64,000 nucleotides of DNA from Octopus sinensis. Taxonomy: Eukaryota. The notes under the pieces are model-generated. The model was not told where the DNA came from, ran no database searches, and saw nothing but the letters and a program-made list of their open reading frames with translations. The position numbers were made by a program, and so were the translations under genes. The stretch covers positions 50,964,001 through 51,028,000 of the forward strand of contig NC_043005.1 of NCBI RefSeq assembly GCF_006345805.1, given 5' to 3'. Positions 38,089-53,039 of this stretch are shown here, piece after piece; position 1 is the first letter of the stretch; each line of letters opens with the position of its first letter.

Positions 38089-39404
38089 TATTACACATGT
38101 ACTAATACAAATTCTAGAAGTTTACTTATAGGTTCTGGCGGGAGTAAGATCGAATAGCAAAATAATAATGTTTCCGCCTTGGATCCACATTTTAAATTAC
38201 ACATATTGCAAGTTTTATAGTTCAACTGCTTTTATAAGTGAGCTTGTTATTCGAAATGTAATTCAGTTAATACTGTGCCAGTTTAATGTTGTTACTTATA
38301 TTTAGCCGTGTCCTTTCTCTCTCTCTCTCGAATAGACCGGTGGTATATTCGAGAAGGAGAGGGTCTTGAATAGACCTATGATCAAATAGTTTCTTGTCTT
38401 TTACAGTCCTGTCTTTTATTCAGATATAAAGTACTTCTAAAATCATTGTACAATTTGTATTTCCTTTGTTTAAACCGGCAGAATGTGATTCCACGAAAAT
38501 TTTACTACTGTTCTAACGGCCTTCATGCTGCGCAACAAAACTGCGCAACAAAACTGTCGACTCCACTTCTTGTTGACCAATGGTCTACTTAGATATCCAA
38601 ATATATACGATGGTGGGAGCGGAGTGCTTGTGGCGTGCGCATGTGTGTACGTATGTGTCCGAAGTTTCACACATTCCATATTTAATCAGTAGCCACTCCA
38701 ATCCACTCAATACTGACAGTAGACATCAACAGCCCGTGTATGATAACACCATTCTGACTATAAACAGCGTAATAGGTTAGTCAATATATCCAGATCTTCA
38801 GTTAACTACTTGTATATCGACTGGCTTCTGTCGTATCTACAGCTGTTCAATATAATTTCTAATAATTGCTACTTATAACATATATTGACTTCTCAATTTT
38901 GTACACTGTACATAACTTCTCACAAGATTACAGCTGCCGTCAGCGCAGGTGAATAGGGACAATATAAGCAGAGTTATATCTAGCTGTTGCCAATAAGTTA
39001 TTTTTTTCTTTCTCTTTTCATTCCCCGATTAGAGCGAACCATTCTCGCAATCACTTCTATTTCGTTTTCAAATAAAATTGTTTCTTCGTCTTCACTTGAT
39101 GTAATTGAATTTAGCGATAGTGTATATTTTGTACTTTGCTAAAAGGTGCAATCTTTTGACGTGAAAATTATTACGACTGCTACTAATAACGAAGGCACAA
39201 GACTATACATTCTGGTCGAGAAAAACTTACACCTCTCTCTTGTAAATTCTTCTTTTTCTAGCACGAAAGAAAACCGTTTTCTTTTTTTATTTTCAGTTGC
39301 TGTTTGCGGTACCATCATAGTCATTATAATCCTCTTCCTCCTCCCCCTCCTCCTCATCCTCATCATCCTCATCCTCTTCATCATCCTCCTCCTCCTCCTC
39401 CTCC

Positions 39405-39437
<33 letters not shown>

Positions 39438-39985
39438 CCATTACTGTCGTCGTTGTCATCACCGCCGTTGTCGCCGTGTTGTTGCCATTATAGTTGTGTT
39501 GAGGCCAACGGAGAAACAAGACACGGCATAGTTTCTCAGTGAAGGAAAAACAGCACCAAGCGTTCCCTATTTCTTTCGGTTGTTAAAGAATACCCGCTAG
39601 AAGGGGACACTAGCACGTTATAAAGTTAGTCACCAGTTTGCTACGCCTTTACCCATTTTGTACTGGATAGAAATGGAGCAATTTGAAATAATGTGATTCG
39701 AAGCCACGATCTTATAAGCTTGAGCCCAGCATCTTAACCACTAAGTCACACACTCATTAAAGCCTAAATTTAGATGAAGGAAACTAGTGGCTGTGGTAGT
39801 AATAGTAGTCTTAATGATGGTGGAAATTAACATACGTCGAACTCGTGTTTATTCTTGTTCCAGTTTCAATCATAAAACTGCAACTGTACTGGGTCAGCTT
39901 CTTTAAAGTTACCCTTTTGACGCAGTTCAACGCATTGTTTACACCAGAGTGAACAAACATAGATACATATACACGCATATAAGCA

Positions 39986-40104
<119 letters not shown>

Positions 40105-41478
40105 ATATATACATATATATACATACGTATATGTGTGTGTGTGTGTGTAAGAAAATGGAGAAAAATGTATAGTGGATACTTATTTTATTTGTATCACGAT
40201 AAAAACATACCAAACCATTTAATACAAATAAAATTAAAAGGAACATATATTAAAAAAATAGCATAAAATTGCCTACACACATTTCAATCTGGTCATTAGA
40301 TGAACAATGTTTCAGATCCGCAGGATTAGAACCATGTTAAGAGTTCTAGATGTAAAAAAACATAAGACACAGTATAACCAGATATCATCAGGGCAGCCTA
40401 CATAGTACAAAAGGCTAATGCTTATATATTTTTTCAAAGGAATTCAAATTGGTGGTAAGAAACGTACTGAATAAGATAGATGAGGGCCGCATATTCATAT
40501 ATCCAAGTAATGTAAACATTAAGTTGTTAGAAAAGATGGAACGTCAAAAGGGGTAGTAGAGAGAGGTATTAGTTGACCAAATCATGCTAAAGGACTATGA
40601 TGGATTTGAAAAACAGACGGTTATAGGTATTGAAGGACATTATGTAATCATTTAAAAAATTAGGGTAAGATATTGTAAAGACGTTAAGTAAATAGAATGA
40701 ATTAAAAAGAAGAGTGAGAGATAAGAAAATAAAAATATAGAGAAAAAGAATTTTTTTCTGGGAGAAAAAATAACGAAATGGGAATCAAATAGAGGCGCAT
40801 TATTTAAATGAATTAAACTAGAAAAGCCATAAGTGATTTGGGATATAAAATATAAGAAATAATAATTGGTTATACTATTCTAAAGTTATGTTTATGAAAA
40901 ATTAGGCTATATTGTATACTAAAGTAGAAATTTAAAATGGTTCACTCATAAAGAGATTTCTATCTTTACTGGGTAAGATAAATATATGGTGGAGGGTATA
41001 TTAGTTAAATAAAATATTTAGATACTAATTCTACGTTGATGGACATAATTCTACGATTATGGACAGAAATTTATCGTTACTTATACTAGAGAAAAGTTGT
41101 TTTTATTATTATTATTCTGTAGCATGTATATGAACTAAAAGATACATTCTATTATGCAGAAAAAAGTATTAGATTGATTACAAATTATAGTGTACTTACT
41201 TCTATGAGGAATTTTAAGATTTGTGCAAATAAATGTAAAAATATGAGGTAAGTTTTTATTTTTAATCGCTACTTATTCAGAAAAAAATGGTTGTAATCAA
41301 GACAAAGGGAGAGTTATCTCCCTTCGTCTGCCTAGATGAATTATGATCAATTGACAGATAAAAGAATTAGAAAGAGATAACTAGGAGATATACAGAAACA
41401 ATATTTGTTTTGTAATTTAATCATACTGAAGATATGAGTATATCGAGTATGTGGATGATATGTATATATACATGTATA

Positions 41479-41539
<61 letters not shown>

Positions 41540-41545
<6 letters not shown>

Positions 41546-41876
41546 GGGTAAAGACCCCCTTCGGTCAGGCACTGACCATGGGTTTGCACCTAGAGAGATA
41601 CCCTCTAAGGCACAAGTCTGGGCAAGGTTGTTTTTTTTTATGGAAGACCAGCAGTCGCCCATGCATACCGGCTTCCCCTCTCCACGTCACCGATGTTGTC
41701 CAAGGGAAAGGCAAGGGCCGATACAGCTTGGCACCTGTGACGTCGCAACTCATTTCTACAGCTGAGTGAACTGGAGTAACGTGAAATAAAGTGCATTGCT
41801 CAAGAACACAACACGCAGCCCGGTCTGGGATTCGAGCTCACAACCTCACGATCGTAAGCTCGACGCTCTAACCACT
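41540..41876 (-). mobile_element. tRNA-derived SINE family C
   Basis: Head GTGGTTAGAGCGTCGAGCTTACGATCGTGAGGTTGTGAGCTCGAATCCC; body matches 62537-62860. Confidence 0.8.
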
Positions 41877-42319
41877 ATATATACACGCACAAACACACAC
41901 ACACATAATTACATGAATACATCTTGTTTTCATTGTATATGAATAATTATTATAACGATTTTAGTTTGTCTTGTTTGCTTCCATCATTACCCTGTACGTT
42001 CGTTAGCTATTCCCAGTGACCTTTTTGCAACTGGCTCCAACAAGATGGAACGGTATCAACGATAAAGGCGCGAAACCGTTATGATCATTTTAATGTTGAC
42101 TGGTGAGGAATTAGCTACGAATTTTGCGTTTGTTATGTTTTTATTAATTCCTTGAAATATTATTTATGTAACGCAGCGTTCTCCTTATATTTTTGTTACC
42201 TGTATATATATATATATATTATATATATATAAAATATAAAATGGGACAAGAACGCAAAACATCCGGACAAGTAGGGTGACACAAAAAGGGACAATACACA
42301 CATATATATATATATATAT

Positions 42320-42351
<32 letters not shown>

Positions 42352-43279
42352 AGATATATATATATATATGCGTCTATCTATGAGTGAAAGTATGGTTGCA
42401 TATATGTATACATACTAGAAAATCCGAAGTCGATCCTCAGTAGGGTTTTAAAACTTGAAGAGGAAGGTACATGACAAGGGCAAATACATTTTGTCCAGAC
42501 ACTCAACCGCGTTTTGATATTCCACTGTAGAACCCTTTGGATGTTATCTAGAGCACCATTGAGTTGTATATAATTTTGTCTAGGACTGTACTGCACAAAC
42601 TCTTTTCTACAATTTCACACCATTTTTTCTTATTTCATTTGTGTTTCATCCAAATGTTGACGAAACTTAACACCAATGTTCAGACACAATTTTAACTTTA
42701 AAAAGACCATCGTCTGTACTTTTTAGCACTATACGTCTATATGAGAGTTTTTCTCCCGGCTAATACTACAATGATGTGGTTTTCCATAGTATATCCACAT
42801 TAAGTAAGACATACAGAGTGCTATTCTGAACCAATATTGCTTCCCTCGCTAAAAACAAATGTTTACCCTACCTGCCAGTTATTTGCAGCACCAGTTTTTT
42901 TTTTATAATTAGTAGACGCTAAACTTTTTCAAGCAAACAGATGATAGAAGATACTTGCTACAGACAACCTGCAAGAACACAGAAATCCAAATTTAGCAAT
43001 TCCATCACTCATGGTGGTCACTTTTCGTCTGGTACTGATACACTCCTTTCCTTTTTAGCACTAAAAGTCTATACGAGACGCTTCCTCGACTGCCATTTTG
43101 TGGCTTTCTATATTATACCGTTGTTAAGTAATATATACAGAATGCGCTGCTGAGCTAATATTCTGCTTTCGTCGCTTATAAATTATTAGCATAATAATAG
43201 TTTCTAACACAGAATCAAGGTCAGAAATTTGGAAGGAAGTGTTAGTCGATTAAATCGCTTCTAATAGTAAACTGTTATA

Positions 43280-43470
43280 TCGTTAGCACACCGGGTGGAG
43301 TGCTTAGCGGCATTTCGTTCGTCTTCACGTTTTAAATTCAAATTCCGTCAAGTCGACTTTGTCTTTCATCCTTTCGGGTTCGGTAAAATAAGTACCATTT
43401 TGAGTACTGAGGTCGATGTAACCGACTTACTCCCTCCCCCCAAAACTGCTGACTTTGTGCCAAAATTTAA
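43280..43470 (+). mobile_element. SINE family A
   Basis: CGTTAGCACACCGGG...GTCGACTTTGTCTTTCATCCTTTCGGG core. Confidence 0.75.
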
Positions 43471-44128
43471 AATCAATATTAACAAATACTTTATTTGATC
43501 GCTCCTAGAAAGATAAAATGGCAAAGCTGATTTCGGCAAGCTTTGAACTTAGAACGCAAAATGCCAAAACAAGCAGCGTAAGACATTGTTCGACACTAAT
43601 GATTCTGCTATACCACCGCCAAAGGTCAGGCCTCTGGTATAAAAATATCAAATTGAGTTTTAAAAACATGAAATGCGTGATCGTGAGAAACCTAGGATCA
43701 ATATGCATACAACTATTTCATGAAACTACAAATGTTGCCATATCTCAGTAAAACTTTTGTTTGACCTACATATGAGCTTTCTGACAAACTTTGTGTTTCA
43801 CTTGTATAGTGAAGTGGAATTGTATAAGCTTGAAACAATAGAGTTGTGCTACATAGCATGCTTATAATATTGCTCTAAGTGGTTTTTAGTTCTTCATAAT
43901 TCCAAAGATTCTGGAGTGATTGAAATGATAAAAGACTCGAACGAAATGCCTTGCAGCACCCAAGTTACGTCCCTTTCAGTAATATGTTCCAATGTTGCCA
44001 AGGCTGGCATTAAATGTTATTCCTCAAGGCACATTAAAATGCGTGCAAAACATGTATTTAGAATCATGTTCTATCATAAAATGATTAAACAGCTCTCTAA
44101 ATATGTTCAGCTCTTGGTCAGAGCTAGA

Positions 44129-44199
<71 letters not shown>

Positions 44200-44212
44200 T
44201 TTTCTACTCTAG

Positions 44213-44410
44213 GCACAAGGCCCGAAATTTTGGGGAAGGGGACCAGTCGATTAAATCAACCCCAGTGCGCAACCGGTACTTATTTTATCGACCCCGAAAG
44301 GATGAAAGGCAGAGTCGACCTCGGCAGAATTTGAACTCTGAACGTAAAGACAGACGATTACCGCTAAGTATTTCGCCCGGCGTGCTAACGTTTCTGCCAG
44401 TTCGCCGCCT
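44213..44410 (-). mobile_element. SINE family A embedded in (AAT)n
   Basis: Reverse complement of the GGCGGCGAACTGGCAGAAACGTTAGCACGCCGGGCG head and core; (AAT)n at 44129-44193 and 44415-44537. Confidence 0.85.
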
Positions 44411-44411
44411 T

Positions 44412-44536
<125 letters not shown>

Positions 44537-44539
44537 CAT

Positions 44540-45025
44540 AAACCCCCTAATCAAGACACGGAGACCAGATATTGTTGTGGTACATTAGGAAAAAAGAAAA
44601 CTAAGATTATAGATATTGCAGTACCTGGGGATGCACGCATAAATGACAAAGAGCTAGAAAAGATTGTAAGTACAGACTACTAAAAGACGAAAGTGCAAAT
44701 ATGTGGACTATGAGCAGAGTGTCTGAAATTCTAGTAGTTGTAGCGGCACTCGGAGCACTAACAACAAATTTCGGGAAATATGTCAGAGAGATCAGAATTG
44801 ATACGAGAGGAGATCAAGCCCAAACAACTGCGCTGCTGGGGACAGCTGGGATCTTGAGATTGGTACTTGGTTGAAATTGGTATTGTCTCACAATAATTAA
44901 CAACCAAGTACCAAATCTTATAATGTTCGTGAAGAGACCCTGTGAAACCTCTGACAGCAGGCCGCTGTCCGCTCTCACAGAATGTTCCAGAGCAAACCAG
45001 ATCGATCGCGCTGAAAGGTAAAACA
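44540..45025 (+). mobile_element. R4/Dong-clade RLE 3' fragment (subfamily C), decayed
   Basis: RRPDIVVVH...IIDIAVPGDARINDKELEK...VVVAALGA...TALLGTAGILRLVLG*, starting directly after (AAT)n and ending in an AAT-like tail. Confidence 0.8.
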
Positions 45026-45049
45026 ATAATGAAGATGATAATAGTAATT

Positions 45050-45250
45050 CAAATTTTGGCACAAGACCGGCAATTTCAGAGAAGGGGTAAGTCGATCGCA
45101 GCGACCCCAGGGCTCAACTGTTTCTTATTTCATCGACCCCGAATGGATAAAAGGCAAAAGTCGACCTTGATGGAATTTGAACGTAAGGACGGACGAAATG
45201 CTGCTAAGCATTTTGCCTGGCGTGCTGACAATTCTGGCTGCTCGCCGCGT
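45050..45250 (-). mobile_element. SINE family A
   Basis: Reverse complement of the family A head and core. Confidence 0.75.
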
Positions 45251-45284
45251 TATTATATTATATTATACATTTTACTGTAGACGT

Positions 45285-45662
45285 ACACATACTCTCGTTT
45301 ACTTGTTTCAGTCATTTGACTGCGCCCATGCTGGAGCACCGCCTTTAGTCGAGCAAATCGACCGCAGGTCTTATTCTTTGAAAGCCTAGTACTTATTCTA
45401 TCAGTCTCTTTTGCCGAATCAGCATTGGTTGTCAAGCGATATTGGAGGGACACACAGACACACAAACACACACACATATATATATATACATATACATATA
45501 TGCGACGTGCTTCTTTCAGTTTCCGTCTACCAAATCCACTCACAAGGCTTTGGTCGGCCCGAGTCTATAGTAGAAGACACTTGCCCAAAGTGCCACACAG
45601 TGAGACTGAACCCAGAACCATGTGGTTAGTAAGTAGGCTACTTATCAAACAGCCACTCCTGC
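45285..45662 (-). mobile_element. SINE family D
   Basis: Reverse complement of the GGCGCAGGAGTGGCTG...GGTTCAGTCTCAC head and GGCGGTGCTCCAGCATGG tail. Confidence 0.8.
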
Positions 45663-46675
45663 GCCATAGAGAATATTTCAAGCTGGACATCATTCGCATC
45701 ATCGATCCTACCATGAGACGACTAGGATTAAATAGGGCATAAGCGGCTCCTACACTTACTGTTAAACAAAAAGAATGTTCCTGGTGAGGCATAATGCCAG
45801 ACAAAATAGTTGTTTCTGTGTTTCGTCACATATTATATACTCGATATTAATTAATATTAGCTTTTATATTTACTCTGGAAAATCTGATACGGTACCGATA
45901 AGATTATCGAGAGAAATATACCGGTTTTCTATGCATATGCGTGTGTATGTGTACGTGTATGTGTATATGTGTCGGGTTGTGCATTTATGTGTTGATCCGT
46001 ACTTTTGTGCTTGTAAGAATGCATATGTGTATGTGCGCATGAGTGTGTGTATGTACGTATGAACGTGTGTGTGTGTGTGTGTGTTTGTGTGTGGACGTGC
46101 GTGCGTGTGAGTGCGTAAGCGTGTGAGTGTGTATATATATACATGTGCATGTATTTGTGTGTATTTGTATGTACATGTCTATCTGTGCATGTGTCTATGG
46201 AGTACGCGGTTGTCCTTATATATGTGTGCACATATGTTTATGCGGACGTACGTGGGTGTATGTGCTTGCGGACGTGTTTACGTATATGCGTTTGTATATA
46301 CGTGAATGCATGTGCGAGTATGCCTTTATGAGTGCATATGTCTACATATGTCCCCTTATAAGTACATATCTATGTATGTATGAATGCTATATGAGTGTAT
46401 TCATATGATTCTTTCTGTTCAGTAGCTTCAACCATTCTGCATGATATTTCATATGGCATTTAATCTATATTGCAGGCGCAGAGGAGTGGAAAGCGACTTC
46501 TGGGAACCCGCAGCTCAATATCGCATTCCCAGTTGTGGCTATTTCCATTTCACTTATCTAGTTATTATTGTTTCGTTAGATCACTCTCCACTTTATCTCT
46601 CTCTATCTGAAGTTCCGTAAGTACTATGTAGGTCTTTAAACTTCAGCTCGATATAACATTGCAGTAAATCCAACT

Positions 46676-46712
<37 letters not shown>

Positions 46713-48562
46713 TCGGCTAGATTCATCCTTAAGGGCAACATATATTTAGACTGAAAAATGAAAAAGCATAAATTTCAAAGATTCTATTTGATTTTTTCAA
46801 CGACTGTTTCATTAAGAATGAACATGATTAATTCCATAATTACGTAATGAAGGTACATTATTAATTAATATGAAATATATTTTTTTCAGTCAGAAAACGA
46901 AGGGCATTGGTCATGATCTTATACCGATCACAATCCTGGTTACTACCGATAGATTATTAGGATAGGAAACATTCATCTTTTAGACTCTACCTTTAACTAA
47001 AGAATTTTTAATCAATGAGGAGTCCTCTGTCCGGTCTTTGACCTGTTTAAAACAGCAACTAAATGTTGCCGACCTCATGAAAAACTCTTTAGGTAATGTA
47101 ATCTGAGATATGTACATTATAACTTAGAAAGAGCGAATATTCATGAGTAGAACCTCTTTGAACATAGAAATGATCGGTATCAGAGCAATCATAGACTTAA
47201 ATAACAAAAAGCAAAGAATCTATTCCTTGCTTAATAGATAGTACCATTTGCGCTGCCAAAAGTGAAGCTAACATAAACTATGTTAGAGCTGAAACCTTGC
47301 CAACTAATTTACTTATATATATATATATATATTGAATAAAAAGCAGAAATTTCACAGGTAGTCCATAATTAAATTACTTTCAACAGCTGTTTCGTTGGGA
47401 ATAAACATAATTAATTCTATAATTATGCTATTAAGACAAATAATTAATTTATATAAGTAAATTTAAAGTAATCTGCATCTCATATGAATCTTGCATATTT
47501 TTATACCTGCGACTATTTATGGATGGTATAGCCAGTAGTAATTGTATATGTGTGTGTGAGTGTGTGTCTGTGTATGTATGTTCATGTGTATGTATGTGTA
47601 TGTGTATGTGTTTGTTTGTGTGTGTGAGTGAAACTCTGTCAATCTTCATTTATCAGGTAAATCCAGGAGGGATTTTCTCAACAGTATGATATGAAAGGCT
47701 GTTACTTCTTACGAATCCATCGACAATACTGGATCTCTTTGCAGCATCGTTAGAACGACGGATAAAATACCCGGTTTGCTTCACGTTGTTTGTGTATATG
47801 TATATGTATATAGGTACTTGCGTGTGTATGGATTTACACACACGCATATATATTTGTGTATATATATATACATATATATATATATATACACACACACATA
47901 TATGTGTGTGTGTCTGTGTCTATGTATCTGTGTCTATATGTGCATATGTGTGTGCGTATGTATCTGTGTGTGTCTGTACATATAACTGTACATGTAAATG
48001 TGTGCGGGAATTTCCGGGTATAGAGACGTGTTGATGCATATGCGAGGTGGTTTATATGCGCATGCGTGTGTGTTCATGCATGTTGGGCGAAAGGAATCCA
48101 TGTAAAGGACTGTGTGTAAGCGTGTATGCGGTAAAGGTGTAAGGGAGAAGGTAGACGCTGATGGGGGAAAACATATTAACAAGAAAGGCAATTAAGCATA
48201 CTTCATCTCATTATGACATTTCCTTCTGTACAATCACTAATTAGATTCTCATATGGTTTCTGAAAAAATCTCTCTCTCTCACTCTCTCTCTCTCTCCTCT
48301 CTCTCTCCTCTTTTCTCTCTCTCTCTCTCTCTCTCTGTTTGTATCTGCATATATGTGTATACATCTAAGTGCGTTCACACATATACAAGTATAAATATGT
48401 ATGTGTGTATATATCTGTATATATGTATCATATTTATGTATTATATGTGAGCATGTGCGATTTTGTGTATACACACACATACATATATACATATACATAT
48501 TTTTATATGCATGTGTGAATATATATATATCTGTATATATATATATATGAATACATATGTAC

Positions 48563-48618
<56 letters not shown>

Positions 48619-49758
48619 GCATACATATTACTATGCTTAATCATAATATCCAAATTATCAAGAATATATAGAACTCGATAAGCGATGCAGATAACGTATT
48701 TGTATTTATAAACCAATTCTAGTTAATTTCTCATGCGAGCCACTGTTGATTTTTCCATGCTATTCACTCCCAGCTTTACTCAACAAGGTATGCAATCATA
48801 TATATATCCATTACATAGTCATATATATATATATAAGTGGAAATTGGAACAAGAACGTTACAGGCGACAACAAAACATCCGCACAGACGATACAAAAAAA
48901 GGACAGGCAAACACAAGGACGGGTCATTCGGAGCTTCCTATCCTCAGTCGAGTAGCAGATTATCTTACCAGTTTCGGCCGGTTACACTCGAGACTGCAGC
49001 AATCTGGCCGGCACCAAGAAAATCTAAGCTAGGAGCACCAGATTCCTTGGAAGAAAGCAAGCGAATGTATACGAAAACAAGGACGAAAAATATACACAAT
49101 TACAAATACAAACAACAGGTGTCTTTCGACCAAGGACAAATTAAATTAAGCTGGCGTGTGTGGAAGTGAAGCCTTACGGCAGGGACGTAGGAGGTGAAAG
49201 TCATGGAAAGGAATATAAGAGATGCTACACGGGAGGTAGTCGAACCAAGAATGAAAGGTCAGGCTTGGCAAATCACATGAAGGGAGAAGAAAGAGCTTGG
49301 GGCAGAGGGATTGAAGATTTAGGGAGGGACGGTAAAGTGAGAAAATGTAAGAAAACGAAAGGAAAGGGACAGGTTGAGGTAAAAGAGGAGGGAAAGTGAG
49401 AATGAATGGAAGGCCAAGAAATGTTAGAGAGGAGGAGCAAGGAAAAGAAATGAGGAAAGAACGAAGAAAGTGTGAAGGAGGCTAAGACACACACACATGC
49501 ATACGCACACACATGCACACAGACACACACACATCTTTGTGTGTGTGTGTGTGTGTGCGAGTGTATATATATATATATATTTATATACATGTGTATATTT
49601 AAAGGGCTAAAAAACCACTATGTGGTTAGCCATATGCTAGAAGTAGATTACCTGCGATCAAACTACAAAGAAAAGAATGTTCTCTAGAGAAAAATTCAGC
49701 GGACACCAGAACAATATGCGGGCAAGACAGATGAAAATTATATAAAAAACAAGAATTA

Positions 49759-49839
49759 ATCGCAGACCTAGGTTTCGCGTATTAACGAATGAATCACTTA
49801 CGTAATCGTAATCGTCCCCGTAGGGCTCGTCAGTACGAT
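49759..49839 (-). ncRNA. Type I hammerhead ribozyme with large stem II insertion
   Basis: ATCGTA CTGACGA G[...]C GAAA CCTAGG TC TGCGAT: perfect core, 6 bp stem I, palindromic stem III, GUC triplet. Confidence 0.75.
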
Positions 49840-50254
49840 CGTTCCACAGGTAATTTATTATATATATATAAAAATTCTTATATACATCCCTGAAATCTTA
49901 CACACAAGCAACATCTCATATCCTGTATGCATGTGCGTGTGAGTATGGCTCGCACATTTTCTGTCCAACTCTCTGTGTACTTTGTGTGTGTGTGTATTTT
50001 CCTGCCCTGAGAATCAGAATTTGAGTGGAATTCAAACATTGGCTGTCGCATTTATTCAAAAAGAACTGTTGATTGAAGTAGACACCCTAAACTTGATTGC
50101 TTTTGACAAAAATAGATTGTTACAAAGAAGGGGAATGCAATCAAGGAGCGCACGCTCATTCATACATACATTTACAAAGATACATGAAGCTAATGATATA
50201 AATCGTACACGTACATACATACACGCATACACACACACATACAATATATATATA

Positions 50255-50310
<56 letters not shown>

Positions 50311-50610
50311 GATCTATATACATATACCGACATAGATACTCATACATTTATATATATATGTATATATATATATGAATTTGTACGCGTATATGTATAATTG
50401 TACACATATACACACATACATATATATATATGTATATACATATATAATAAATTGAACATATATATATATATATACGAAATTGTACGCGTATATGTATAAT
50501 TGTACACATATACACACATACATATATATATATGTATATACATATATATATAAAATTGACATATATATATATACGAAATTGTACGCGTATATGTATAATT
50601 GTACACATAT

Positions 50611-50661
<51 letters not shown>

Positions 50662-51115
50662 CATATATATATAAAATTGAACATATATATATATATATAC
50701 AGAGAGAGAGAGAGAGATACATACATACATAGATACATGCATACATACGTACGTACGTACGTACATACATACATACTTATATACATATATATACATGTAT
50801 GTATGTATTTATGTACAAGCACACTGATGCAAATATGGGTATATATTGATGCATATAAAATATATAGACACTTACACAGGTATGGCAGCACCTGCCTTTC
50901 CTCTCTACTTAGAATTCAGACGCTCGATGTTGGATATATTCAACGAGAAATTGTTGATTAAAGTAGACGCCCTAAACATGATTGCTTTTAATATAGATGG
51001 ATTGTTACAAAGAAGCTAACCATGGATTGATACACATATGCGTATGTACGTGTATATACATGTACACACACACACACACATATGACTAATGTATATATAT
51101 ATATATATATATTTA

Positions 51116-51824
51116 TAAGTAATACTAAGCAATAAGGGTTTAGCAACGAGTTGCCTTACCACATACCGAATTTAGAAATAGCAGTCAAAGGGTTATAGCT
51201 ATTTCTTCTACTAAAAAGGGAGATCTCAGTAAAAACAGCATTTGGAAGGCAGACACAACAGGTAAGAGAGAATGAATTGACTGCAATCTATCATACATTT
51301 TTTTAGTTATCCACGGACGTACGTTTCGAAATCAAGTTTTTAGGAAAGCATAAGAATTAAATATTAAATATTAAATAATTCTATCTTACCGAAACTTCTT
51401 TTCTCTTCAGCGTAGAATACTATAATCATAAATGATTATATATTGAATTTTGAGATACCAGAAGCACCAACTCAACTCAGTATCAGAGCGAGCTAGAATC
51501 CGCAACTGGTATCACCGAATTCAATTTGTGAATGAAACGATTGTGTCAACAGCCCCTTCCCACCCGCGTGTAGCCAAAACAAGATGCTGTGGTCATCTAC
51601 TGAGATAAAATATGGTTATCCGTAATAATGAAGGGTGAAATTAATTAATTTGGAAAAATTATCAATTACACCAAGTAGTCTTCGGCATGTAAAAGCCTCA
51701 TTCGAGGAAAATTTAAGTAATACTAAGCAATAAGGGTTTAGCAACGAGTTGCCTTACCACATACCGAATTTAGAAATAGCAGTCAAAGGGTTATAGCTAT
51801 TTCTTCTACTAAAAAGGGAGATCT
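51116..51824 (-). mobile_element. pLTR-like element bounded by 111 bp direct repeats
   Basis: 51116-51226 equals 51714-51824 (period 598 bp); flanked by (TA)n; contains the HHR at 51311-51415. Confidence 0.7.
51311..51415 (-). ncRNA. Type I hammerhead ribozyme with long stem II
   Basis: CTACG CTGAAGA GAAA-ag-AAGTTT...AAACTT-ga-TTTC GAAA CGTACG TC CGTGG: perfect core, 5 bp stem I, palindromic stem III, GUC triplet. Confidence 0.85.
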
Positions 51825-52053
51825 GTATGTATGTATATATATATATATATATACATACATACACACACACATGACAAAAATATTGAGGTTTCTATCTATC
51901 TCTCTCTATATATATGTATATACATCACCGTGATCACCGTGACCGGTCAGGCTATGAGATGTTGCTACACATCGCTGGTCACAATGCGCTTCGCTTTGTT
52001 TTAACCTTCAAATGACGCCACCGCGCGCTGGCTAAGCGAGCAGACCAATAAAC

Positions 52054-52085
<32 letters not shown>

Positions 52086-52880
52086 TATTTAAAAAAATAG
52101 TGTACATTTAAACACAAAAGAAAACTATCCTTTAACAGGTAATTTTACATGCTAGAAATAGCAGCCAACACGGCCAAAACCACGATTTAATAGCAATTTT
52201 CGAGCCAAATGAAAAATAAAAACTTTTACCTTGTTATTTTTATTAGTGGTTATATCATGGTTTCAAATTTCTTTAGCAAATAAGATTATTTGCCATCCTT
52301 TAATAGGTAATTTAGCAAAACAATATTATCCACCAAGCGAATGCTCGTCAGTAACCGGCGTCAATAACTAACTTATAATTCTGAGACAAAATAACACGTG
52401 TCCCGTCATTATATGTTATAATCTTTCAAAATTACGTGCACAGGAATTATATATATATATATATATATACACATACATACTTTTACACTTCTACTCTTTT
52501 ACTTGTTTCAGTCATTAGACTGTGGCAATGCTGGAACACCATCTTAAAGGTTTTTAGTCAGAGAAACCGACCCCAGAACTTATTTTAAGCCAAGTACTTA
52601 TTTTATCACTCTTTTGCCGAACCGCTAATTTACGAGGGACGCAATCACACCAACACCGGCTATACATATAAATATACACATGTATATACATACATAAATA
52701 TTCTATAATTATAAACATAATTATAATTAGGGCTCAGCTAATTGCTTCGCCACGCACCGAATTTAGCAATAGGAGCTAAAATACCTTTTCTACGACTGTA
52801 AATTAAATTCTCCCAAACATAACACTTTGTTTGCGCAGGGAAAAAGAAAAGATAACGATTCCACTCGACTCTGATTAGCT

Positions 52881-52939
<59 letters not shown>

Positions 52940-53003
52940 TCGCCATGATAGATCGGTAGCCACTACACACATTTTGTTTCTCTCCTTGTTTCTTTCTGTG
53001 TTC

Positions 53004-53039
53004 CTTTCTGTAGGAGAGCGCAGGCTCGAAACGTAAAAG
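53004..53039 (+). ncRNA. Variant minimal hammerhead-like motif
   Basis: CTTT CTGTAGGA GAGC gcag GCTC GAAA C GTA AAAG; stems intact, core has two substitutions. Confidence 0.45.

Noticed and set aside
40300-40395. Minus-strand CTGATGA...GAAACATTGTT
   Set aside because: Stem II register is off and stem I does not pair.
48960-49030. Minus-strand GGCC...GGCC GAAA CTG GTA AGA scaffold
   Set aside because: Core is at least three mismatches from CUGANGA; at best a dead relic and not supportable from this copy.
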